Assembly (NCBI RefSeq): GCF_018336475.1 | Contig: NZ_CP048741.1 | Location: 2,511,392-2,564,379, forward strand | Reading direction: 5' to 3' | Length of the DNA: 52,988 nt | From: Romboutsia sp. 13368 | GTDB lineage: Bacteria > Bacillota > Clostridia > Peptostreptococcales > Peptostreptococcaceae | Shown here: piece by piece, positions 1-8,128 of the stretch | Layout: the number at the start of each line of letters is the position of its first letter | How positions within the stretch are numbered: position 1 is the first letter of the stretch | Translations under genes and position numbers: made by a program | The notes under the pieces: generated by a model | Seen by the model: only the letters and a program-made list of their open reading frames with translations | The model's database searches: none | Told to the model about the DNA's origin: nothing

Positions 1-89
1 TACTAAATCATCTTCATAGCATTTTTTGCAATGTAAATAGCATTTTTTAACATTTCATACTTATATAGTGCATGCTCTAAAGGTTTATA

Positions 90-122
90 TCGCCAACCAA
101 ATCAAAGATTTCGGTTGCTAAA
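90..122 (-). repeat. Short GC-rich hairpin element, similar at its ends to the proS-gltX REP-like element
   Basis: TCGCCAAC-caaatc-aaa-gattt-cg-GTTGCTAAA. The ends match the reverse complement of 12714-12786 (TCGCCAAC...GTTGCTCAAA). Confidence 0.45.
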
Positions 123-202
123 GATAAATGATGGAATTAAATGATATGCAGTTTTCAGAGTATTAACTTTGAAAAAACTTTATATAAGTTAATCGAAAGA
201 TT

Positions 203-320
203 ATGTGGTTATTATAGCAAAGAGGATACACCTGTTCCCATACCGAACACAGAAGTTAAGCTCTTTAGCGCTAATGGTACTTGGTGGGCGACCGCCTGGG
301 AGAGTAAGACGTAGCCACGT
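203..320 (+). rRNA. rrf: 5S ribosomal RNA
   Basis: 5S motifs ACACCTGTTCCCATACCGAACACAGAAGTTAAGC and GGGAGAGTAAGACG. The ends pair as helix I, extended by a 16-bp precursor stem (196-211 with 312-327, two G-U pairs). Confidence 0.97.
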
Positions 321-344
321 AATCTTTTTTATTATTCAAATATT

Positions 345-373
345 AGCTAAAGGTATTTACCTTTAGCTTTTTT
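345..373 (+). terminator. Intrinsic terminator after 5S rRNA
   Basis: AGCTAAAGGT-attt-ACCTTTAGCT followed by a T run. Confidence 0.85.
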
Positions 374-436
374 ATATAATTAAAAAGTTATTGTATACAA
401 AATTTGATTCACATAATTAGTATAGATTTAATAAAC

Positions 437-466
437 TTTACATATTGTTATAAAAAAGAGTAATAT
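437..466 (+). promoter_or_regulatory. Possible sigma-A promoter of the EF-G paralog
   Basis: TTTACA-N18-TAATAT, in very AT-rich context so weak evidence. Confidence 0.3.
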
Positions 467-571
467 AATTTTAAATAAATATTAATAAAAACACATCATG
501 ATAATAGTAAAAACTGCAAAACAAAAGAGTACTTATATAGATATTTATATTTAAAAGAGGTAGGTGCTTGT

Positions 572-2506
572 ATGAAAGTTTATGATAGTAATATGATAAG
601 AAATATAGCAGTTCTAGGTCATAGTGGATGTGGAAAAACAAATCTAATAGAAGCAATATCTTACACTTCAAATCTTAGAAATAAAATATCAAAACAAAAT
701 GATAAAGTTAATATGACATATACATTAGGATTAGTACCAGTTGAACATAACAATTATAAATTTAACTTATTAGATACACCAGGGTACTTTGATTTTTGTG
801 GTGATGTTATATCATCTTTAACTGCAAGTGATGCAGCAGTAATAGTAATAGATGCTACAACTGATATACAAGTTGGTACAGAAAAATCTCTAGAATTAAC
901 TCAAGATATTCCAAAAATCATGTTTATAAATAAGATAGATAATGAAAAATCAAGATATAAAGATACACTAAGTATGTTAAGAGATCAATATGGAAATAAA
1001 GTAATACCTATGATAATACCTATATATAAGGATAAGCAATTTATGAAGCTACATAATATATTTGAAAATATAGATGAATTAGATGAAGAATTTAAAGAAG
1101 AGGCTATGAGTTTAAAAGAATCATTAATGGAGCTTATAGCAGAAACAGATGATGAAATATTAGATAAGTATTTTAGTGGAGAGGAATTAGATGCACAAGA
1201 TATACAAAAAGGGCTTACTATAGGTATACAAAACGGAGATATTATTCCTGTAATATGTGGTTCCACGATAAACAATATAGGTACAATAGAAATATTAGAT
1301 ACAATAACTAAGTATTTACAACCTAAATACTTAGATGTAGATAATAAATTTAAAGGATTTGTATTTAAAACAGTAGTTGACCCATTTGTAGGAAAAATAT
1401 CATATTTAAAAGTTACACAAGGTGAAATAGAAAAAGATACTGAAATATTTAATATAAATAAAGATAGTAAAGAAAAATTAAGTAATTTATATACTATGAA
1501 GAATAAAGAGTTAGTAGAAATTAATAAAGCTAATTGTGGAGATATAGTTATATTAACTAAGTTTGCTAATTTACAAACTGGGGATACTCTATCAATAAAC
1601 AAGGATGATGAATCTATACTACCTATTAGCTTCCCTAAACCTCAGATATATTTTTCAATTACTCCAAAAAATAAAGGTGATGAAGAAAAAGTAAGTGCTA
1701 CATTAAATAAAATAGTAGAAGAAGACCCAAGTATACAATGGTATAGAAATTCAGAGACGAAACAGGCTCTTATAGGTGGCCAAGGAGAGCTTCATATAAA
1801 TATAGTAAAAGAAAAGATGAAAGAAAAGTTTGGAGTGGATGTTAATTTAGAAGACCTTAAGGTTGCATATAGAGAAACTATAAAAGGTAGCGCCGATGTA
1901 CAAGGTAAACATAAAAAACAATCAGGGGGACATGGTCAATATGGAGATGTAAAAATCAAATTTGAGAGAAGCAAAGAGGATTTTGAATTTAAAGAAGAAA
2001 TTTTTGGAGGATCTGTACCTAAACAATATATACCTGCAGTAGAAAAAGGATTGAAGGATTCTATGCTAAAAGGTGTTCTAGCAGGATTCCCAGTTACTAA
2101 TATAAAAGCTACCCTTTATGATGGTTCATATCATGATGTTGATTCATCTGAAATGGCATTTAAAATGGCAGCTAGTATAGCATTTAAGAAAGGTATGGAA
2201 GAAGCACAACCAGTATTATTAGAACCTATAATGAGCTTAAAAATAACAATTCCTGAAGAGTACATGGGAGATGTTATGGGAGATATAAATAAGAGAAGAG
2301 GTAAAATATTAGGAATAGAACCATTTGAAAATGGAAAACAATTAATTTATGCACAAGCGCCTCAAGCTGAAACATTTAAATATGCTATAGATTTAAGAGC
2401 AATGACACAAGGTAGAGGATATTTTGAAATGGAAGTTGAAAAATATGATGAAGTTCCTAATCAAATAGCTCAAAAGATAATATTAGAAGTAAATAATAAT
2501 AAATAG
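572..2506 (+). CDS. Elongation factor G-like paralog (EF-G2 type), 644 aa
   Basis: P-loop GHSGCGKT, DTPGYFDF, NKID; domain IV motifs HKKQSGGHGQYG and [12 protein letters not shown]; domain V LRAMTQGRGYF; SD GAGGT/AGGTG. Confidence 0.92.
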   Translation: MKVYDSNMIRNIAVLGHSGCGKTNLIEAISYTSNLRNKISKQNDKVNMTYTLGLVPVEHNNYKFNLLDTPGYFDFCGDVISSLTASDAAVIVIDATTDIQVGTEKSLELTQDIPKIMFINKIDNEKSRYKDTLSMLRDQYGNKVIPMIIPIYKDKQFMKLHNIFENIDELDEEFKEEAMSLKESLMELIAETDDEILDKYFSGEELDAQDIQKGLTIGIQNGDIIPVICGSTINNIGTIEILDTITKYLQPKYLDVDNKFKGFVFKTVVDPFVGKISYLKVTQGEIEKDTEIFNINKDSKEKLSNLYTMKNKELVEINKANCGDIVILTKFANLQTGDTLSINKDDESILPISFPKPQIYFSITPKNKGDEEKVSATLNKIVEEDPSIQWYRNSETKQALIGGQGELHINIVKEKMKEKFGVDVNLEDLKVAYRETIKGSADVQGKHKKQSGGHGQYGDVKIKFERSKEDFEFKEEIFGGSVPKQYIPAVEKGLKDSMLKGVLAGFPVTNIKATLYDGSYHDVDSSEMAFKMAASIAFKKGMEEAQPVLLEPIMSLKITIPEEYMGDVMGDINKRRGKILGIEPFENGKQLIYAQAPQAETFKYAIDLRAMTQGRGYFEMEVEKYDEVPNQIAQKIILEVNNNK

Positions 2507-2513
2507 GCCATAT

Positions 2514-2550
2514 AAAAGGGGTATATCTGAAGTAATGATACCCCCTTTTT
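2514..2550 (+). terminator. Intrinsic terminator after the EF-G paralog
   Basis: AAAAGGGGTAT...ATACCCCCTTTTT. Confidence 0.75.
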
Positions 2551-2656
2551 AGATTAAAAGCATAAACTAGATAAAAGTTTAATATTATATTAAGTATAAA
2601 GTATATCACCTATAAATTTAATATTATACATTCTATAAGAAAAAAACATTATAGTG

Positions 2657-2716
2657 TAAACTTTATTAAATAATAACCATATAAATTATATTAATATATA
2701 GTCAAAGGAAGTAAAG
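2657..2716 (+). promoter_or_regulatory. Decayed sigma-A promoter and degenerate CtsR heptad repeat
   Basis: TAAACT-N17-TATAAA (2657-2685), then AGTCAAA-GGA-AGTAAAG (2700-2716) versus the CtsR box RGTCAAA-NAN-RGTCAAA. Confidence 0.4.
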
Positions 2717-2847
2717 TTTATATGATTAAGTTGTAATGTAAATGACATAAATTATTATAAAGGCAATTAATAAAGCCTTTTATATATAAACAATATGAAA
2801 AATGATAAGTTATATAAGTACTAAAAAAGTATAAAGGTATTATAAAA

Positions 2848-2982
2848 AATAAGATATTTACAGAGAAAAGTTAAAATAATATTGTACTAATAGATGATAA
2901 GATATTATATATACCTATTCCTGAACTAAAAGATAAAGTTAGAGCTAATATTCTACAAAATATAGTGATAGGTTTACTTAGT
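2848..2982 (+). pseudogene. ctsR: Remnant of the ctsR C-terminal region
   Basis: Frame reads NKIFTEKS*NNIVLIDDKILYIPIPELKDKVRANILQNIVIGLLS, resembling the clostridial CtsR C-terminal pattern as I recall it (I-T..E..I....DD..L.....K.KVRA.IL..M...L). No start codon; lies directly upstream of clpC where ctsR normally sits. Confidence 0.6.
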
Positions 2983-3048
2983 ATTGATGAAAGTAACAAA
3001 GGTGAGCTGAAGATAAAAATAAGGATATGCTAAAAGGAGGGATAGTAT

Positions 3049-5490
3049 ATGTATTTTAGTAGATTTACACAAAAGTCTAAAAAAGCTATAGAATTAAGTT
3101 TAGAATGTGCTAAAGCATTTGGTGACAATATAGTTGATAGTGAATATTTATTGCTAGGTTTACTAAAAGAAGGGGATGGTATAGCTGCAAGAGTATTAAT
3201 AAAGCTAGGTATAACAGCTAAAGATATAGAAGAGAAAATAATAGAACTAAAAGGTAAAAAATCTACAGAGTTAAATGATGTACAATTAAGTAGTAGAAGT
3301 GAAGAGATATTAGCTATATCTGGTATATTTGCAGATAAATTTAAGTCTGAATATATAGAAACGGAACATATATTATTAGGCATTCTTCAACAAGGAGAAG
3401 GTATAGCTATTGATATATTAAATGAAGCGGATATAGATTATAAATCTATAGTTGAATTAATAATAGACATGGTTGGGTTAGAAAATATGAAGTCAAGCAA
3501 GTCTACACAATCTAATTATCCAGTCAAAACTCAAACATCTTCAAAGCTTTTAGATAAGTATGGAAAAAACTTAACTTTAGTGGCAAGTCAAAATAAAATA
3601 GACCCAGTAATAGGACGTGAAAAAGAAATAGAAAGGGCTATACAGATATTAAGTAGAAGAACGAAGAATAACCCTGTATTTATTGGAGACCCGGGTGTTG
3701 GAAAAACATCTGTTGCTGAAGGATTGGCTGTAAATATTGCGAAGAAAAATGTTCCTGAAAATCTAATCGGAAAAGTTTTATACACTTTAGATATGGGATC
3801 TATGTTAGCTGGTGCTAAATATAGAGGTGAATTTGAAGAAAGAATAAAACAGGTTGTAGATGAAGTTGTTAAAAATGGAAATATAATCTTATTTATAGAT
3901 GAACTTCATACGATAATAGGAGCAGGATCAACAGGTGAAAGTACGATAGATGCATCTAATATATTAAAACCTGTATTATCAAGAGGTGATATACAGATAA
4001 TAGGAGCGACAACAATAGATGAATATAGAAAGCATATTGAAAAAGATTCAGCACTAGAAAGAAGATTCCAACCAATTTTAATAACAGAGCCTACTAAGGA
4101 AGAAACGGTAAAAATATTAGAGGGATTAAGAGAACGATATGAAACTCATCATAATGTAAAAATAACAGATGAGGCAATAAATGCAGCGGTAGATTTATCT
4201 ATTAGATATATAACAGATAGATTCTTACCAGATAAAGCTATAGATTTAATTGATGAATCAGCATCTAGAATTAGACTTAGAGAAATAAACGTACAAAAAA
4301 GTATGTTGAAATCAAATAAAGATATATTAAGTAAAGAAATTAATGATGAATTAAATAAACATAGTAATAAAAATTATGACATAGAAAAATCTGAAACTGT
4401 AAATCAAGAAGTACAAACTATAAAGTCTACTAAAGAAAATAATTATATAGGGGTAGTGGATAAAGAGATAATATCTGAAGTTGTAGAGCTTTGGACAGGA
4501 GTACCTGTAAATAAAATAGTTGAAGAAGAAGCAGAAAGATTATTAAATTTAGAAGAAATCTTACATGATAGAGTTGTAGGTCAAGATCAAGCTGTAATAT
4601 CTATATCTAGAGCTATAAGACGATCTAGAGCAGGACTTAAAGACCCCAAAAGACCTATAGGATCATTTTTATTCTTAGGGCCAACTGGAGTTGGAAAAAC
4701 GGAGCTATGTAAGGCCTTAGCAGAAGTTCAATTTGGTGATGAAAATCAAATAATAAGATTAGATATGTCTGAGTATATGGAAAAACACGCTGTATCTAAA
4801 TTAATAGGTTCACCTCCAGGTTATGTTGGATATAATGAAGGAGGACAGTTAACAGAAAAAGTAAGAAGAAATCCGTACTCTGTAATATTATTTGATGAAA
4901 TAGAAAAAGCACATGATGATGTATTTAATATTTTACTACAAATATTAGATGATGGTAGACTTACAGACTCTAAAGGGCGTATGGTAGATTTTAAAAATAC
5001 TATACTAATAATGACATCTAATGTTGGAGCTACTAAAATTAATAGGGGTAATAAAGTATTAGGATTTGGTGCAAATAAAGATAAAGATGAAGAAATAAAA
5101 AATCAATATGATAAGATGAAAGATAGTATAATGGGAGAGTTGAAGCAGAAATTTAAGCCAGAGTTTTTAAATAGAATAGACGATATAATAGTATTCCATC
5201 CATTAGAGGAATGTCATATATTTGAAATAGTAAAATTAATGACAAGAGACGTTATAGAAAGATTAAAGTCAATGAATATAAACCTAGAGATGAGTGAAGA
5301 GGCAGTAAAACTAATTGCTCAGGAAGGATTAGATTTAGAGTATGGAGCAAGACCTTTAAAAAGAGCAATTCAAAAAGAATTGGAAGATACTTTATCTGAA
5401 GCAATTCTAAAAGGTGTTGTAAAAAAAGGAAGTAACGTTGTTGCTGAAATTGAAGATAATAATATAGTATATAAATGTAAGGTATTATAA
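3049..5490 (+). CDS. clpC: ATP-dependent Clp protease ATP-binding subunit ClpC, 813 aa
   Basis: Two AAA+ modules (GDPGVGKT / FIDE and GPTGVGKT / LFDE), N-terminal Clp repeats, C-terminal GARPLKRAI; SD AGGAGG. Confidence 0.95.
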   Translation: MYFSRFTQKSKKAIELSLECAKAFGDNIVDSEYLLLGLLKEGDGIAARVLIKLGITAKDIEEKIIELKGKKSTELNDVQLSSRSEEILAISGIFADKFKSEYIETEHILLGILQQGEGIAIDILNEADIDYKSIVELIIDMVGLENMKSSKSTQSNYPVKTQTSSKLLDKYGKNLTLVASQNKIDPVIGREKEIERAIQILSRRTKNNPVFIGDPGVGKTSVAEGLAVNIAKKNVPENLIGKVLYTLDMGSMLAGAKYRGEFEERIKQVVDEVVKNGNIILFIDELHTIIGAGSTGESTIDASNILKPVLSRGDIQIIGATTIDEYRKHIEKDSALERRFQPILITEPTKEETVKILEGLRERYETHHNVKITDEAINAAVDLSIRYITDRFLPDKAIDLIDESASRIRLREINVQKSMLKSNKDILSKEINDELNKHSNKNYDIEKSETVNQEVQTIKSTKENNYIGVVDKEIISEVVELWTGVPVNKIVEEEAERLLNLEEILHDRVVGQDQAVISISRAIRRSRAGLKDPKRPIGSFLFLGPTGVGKTELCKALAEVQFGDENQIIRLDMSEYMEKHAVSKLIGSPPGYVGYNEGGQLTEKVRRNPYSVILFDEIEKAHDDVFNILLQILDDGRLTDSKGRMVDFKNTILIMTSNVGATKINRGNKVLGFGANKDKDEEIKNQYDKMKDSIMGELKQKFKPEFLNRIDDIIVFHPLEECHIFEIVKLMTRDVIERLKSMNINLEMSEEAVKLIAQEGLDLEYGARPLKRAIQKELEDTLSEAILKGVVKKGSNVVAEIEDNNIVYKCKVL

Positions 5491-5522
5491 AAAATGAGGA
5501 GGAAACTCCTCATTTTAATTTT
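5491..5522 (+). terminator. Terminator after clpC
   Basis: AAAATGAGGAG-gaaa-CTCCTCATTTT, then AATTTTT. Confidence 0.75.
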
Positions 5523-5595
5523 ATAAAAATTTACATAATATACCACACATATGTTAAAATTATATATACAATAGTAAATTAAGGGTGATTTATAA

Positions 5596-6969
5596 ATGGC
5601 AAAAATAAAAACAAAATATGTATGCCAAGAATGTGGCTATGAAACATCTAAATGGTTAGGTAGATGTCCAGAATGCTCAAAGTGGAATACATTAGAGGAA
5701 GAAGTAGAACAAAAAGGATCTAATAAAGAAGTATTTATTATAGATAAATCTTCTTCAAAACCGTTAAATATAAATTCAATAGAAACAAAAGAAGAAGAAA
5801 GATTTTCAACATGTATAAATGAGTTAGATAGAGTACTTGGAGGAGGAGTAGTAAAAGGATCACTAGTATTAGTTGGTGGAGATCCTGGAATAGGAAAATC
5901 AACACTATTAATTCAAGTATCAAGTAATGTTGCTAATTCAGGAAAAAGAGTATTATATATATCAGGGGAAGAATCAGAATCTCAGATAAAAATGAGAGCT
6001 CAAAGATTAGGAATTAACTCTGATAATTTATATATTTTTGCAGAAAATAATTTAAGCTTAATAGAAGCTCAGCTAGATAATGTAAAGCCTGATCTTATAA
6101 TTCTTGATTCTATTCAAACCGTATATAGTCCAGAAATAACTTCAGCACCAGGAACGGTAAGCCAAATCAAAGAAGGAACTTCTAAATTTATGAAAATATC
6201 TAAAAAAATGGGTATATCAACCTTCATAGTTGGACATGTAACAAAAGAAGGATCTTTAGCTGGACCTAGATTATTAGAACATATGGTAGATACAGTATTA
6301 TACTTCGAAGGTGAAAGATATAATACATATAGATTAGTTAGAGCTGTTAAAAATAGATTTGGTTCAACTAATGAGTTAGGTGTATTTGAAATGAGAGATT
6401 TAGGGCTAGTTGAGCTTGAAAATCCATCAAAAATACTTATATCAGAAAAGCCTAAGGATGTAGCAGGTTCAGTTATAATATCTACAGTAGAAGGAACTAG
6501 GCCAATGTTACTTGAAATGCAGGCTTTGGTATCTCCAACAAGTTATGGTATACCAAAAAGGACAGCAACAGGTGTTGATTTCAATAGAGTAGGTATGCTT
6601 TTGGCTGTCTTAGAAAAAAGAGTAGGACTTCAAATTCAAAATCAAGATGTATACCTTAATATAGTAGGAGGAATAAAAATAAATGAACCTTCAATAGATT
6701 TAGGTATAGTAATAGCTATAGCATCTAGTTTTAGAAATGTTCCTGTTGATGAAACAATAGCAGTAACAGGAGAAGTTGGACTTACAGGAGAAGTAAGGGC
6801 AGTAAGTTTCATAGAAAAAAGAATAGCAGAATGTAAAAAGCTTGGTTTTACTAAAATAGTTATACCTAGAAATAATTATGAAGTAGTAAAAGATACTAAA
6901 GGTATAGAAATTTGGCCTGTAGATAATTTAAGACAAGCAATAAATATAGTATTAGGGGGGAATAGATAA
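5596..6969 (+). CDS. radA: DNA repair protein RadA/Sms
   Basis: N-terminal CxxC...CxxC zinc finger, Walker A GDPGIGKS, KNRFG motif, Lon-like C-terminus. Confidence 0.97.
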   Translation: MAKIKTKYVCQECGYETSKWLGRCPECSKWNTLEEEVEQKGSNKEVFIIDKSSSKPLNINSIETKEEERFSTCINELDRVLGGGVVKGSLVLVGGDPGIGKSTLLIQVSSNVANSGKRVLYISGEESESQIKMRAQRLGINSDNLYIFAENNLSLIEAQLDNVKPDLIILDSIQTVYSPEITSAPGTVSQIKEGTSKFMKISKKMGISTFIVGHVTKEGSLAGPRLLEHMVDTVLYFEGERYNTYRLVRAVKNRFGSTNELGVFEMRDLGLVELENPSKILISEKPKDVAGSVIISTVEGTRPMLLEMQALVSPTSYGIPKRTATGVDFNRVGMLLAVLEKRVGLQIQNQDVYLNIVGGIKINEPSIDLGIVIAIASSFRNVPVDETIAVTGEVGLTGEVRAVSFIEKRIAECKKLGFTKIVIPRNNYEVVKDTKGIEIWPVDNLRQAINIVLGGNR

Positions 6970-6971
6970 TA

Positions 6972-8042
6972 ATGGAGGATTTCCTAAGTAATAAAAATTT
7001 TATACATGCATTAAAAATGATATCTCCAGGAACTCCGTTAAGACAAGGGCTAGATAATATATTAAAAGCTAAAACAGGAGGACTTATAGTACTTGCAGCT
7101 AGTGAAGAAATAATGGAAGTAGTAGATGGAGGGTTTTGTATAAATGCAGACTACTCACCAGCATATATCTATGAGCTAGCTAAAATGGATGGAGCTATAG
7201 TTTTAAGTGGAGACATAAAGAAAATTCTTTTTGCAAATGCTCAACTTATGCCTGATTATTCTATACCAACATCAGAAACTGGGACTAGACATAGAACTGC
7301 AGAAAGAGTAGCAAAGCAAACGGGAGCAATAGTTATAGCTATATCTCAAAGAAGAAATATAATCACAGTATATAGAGGAGATAAAAAATATGCTTTAGAG
7401 GATATATCTAAAATACTTACTAAAGCTAATCAAGCATTACAAACTCTTGAAAAGTATAAGTCTGTACTAGATGAAGCGATAATTAATTTAAATGCATTAG
7501 AATTCAATGATTTAGTGACAATATATGATGTAGCTATAGTTATACAAAAGATAGAAATGGTAATGAGAATAACCAATATAATTGAAAAATATGTAATAGA
7601 GCTTGGTGAAGAAGGTACACTTGTAAAAATGCAGTTGGAAGAGTTAATGGGAACGACAAAAATGGACCAAAAGCTTATATTTAAAGATTATAGCAAAAAG
7701 AATGTAGAAATATCAGACTTTAAGAAAAAGATAAAAAATCTTTCATCAGAAGATTTACTGGATTTAACTAATATGGCTAAATTATTAGGACATAGTGGTT
7801 TTTCAGAAAATATGGATATGACTATAAAATCAAGAGGATATAGAATTCTTAGTAAGATACATAGATTACCATCAGCAATAATAGATAATTTAGTAAATTA
7901 CTTCGACAATTTCCAGGAAATATTAAATGCATCAATAGAGGAATTAGATGATGTTGAAGGAATAGGTGAAATAAGAGCAACATATATTAAAAATGGACTT
8001 ATAAAAATGAAACAATTAGTTTTATTAGATAGGCACATATAG
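6972..8042 (+). CDS. disA: DNA integrity scanning diadenylate cyclase DisA
   Basis: Intact DGA and RHR DAC motifs, C-terminal HhH (VEGIGEIRA), adjacent to radA. Confidence 0.96.
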   Translation: MEDFLSNKNFIHALKMISPGTPLRQGLDNILKAKTGGLIVLAASEEIMEVVDGGFCINADYSPAYIYELAKMDGAIVLSGDIKKILFANAQLMPDYSIPTSETGTRHRTAERVAKQTGAIVIAISQRRNIITVYRGDKKYALEDISKILTKANQALQTLEKYKSVLDEAIINLNALEFNDLVTIYDVAIVIQKIEMVMRITNIIEKYVIELGEEGTLVKMQLEELMGTTKMDQKLIFKDYSKKNVEISDFKKKIKNLSSEDLLDLTNMAKLLGHSGFSENMDMTIKSRGYRILSKIHRLPSAIIDNLVNYFDNFQEILNASIEELDDVEGIGEIRATYIKNGLIKMKQLVLLDRHI

Positions 8043-8063
8043 ATAGTAGTTACTACTTTGTGC

Positions 8064-8093
8064 TTGAATATATTAGGTATTATAGATTATAAT
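8064..8093 (+). promoter_or_regulatory. Possible sigma-A promoter of the PIN/TRAM gene
   Basis: TTGAAT-N18-TATAAT. Confidence 0.5.
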
Positions 8094-8128
8094 AAGTAAA
8101 TATTAATAACGAATCAGGGGGTGAAATT

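Noticed and set aside
3-179. Minus-strand frame of about 58 codons with one internal TGA (…FSNRNL*FGWRYKPLEHALYKYEMLKN…)
   Set aside because: No start codon or SD, no Sec context, no recognisable family; plausible by chance.
2759-2781. AAAGGC...GCCTTTT hairpin as an attenuator of clpC
   Set aside because: 6-bp stem with a 10-nt loop in decayed AT-rich DNA; too weak to call.
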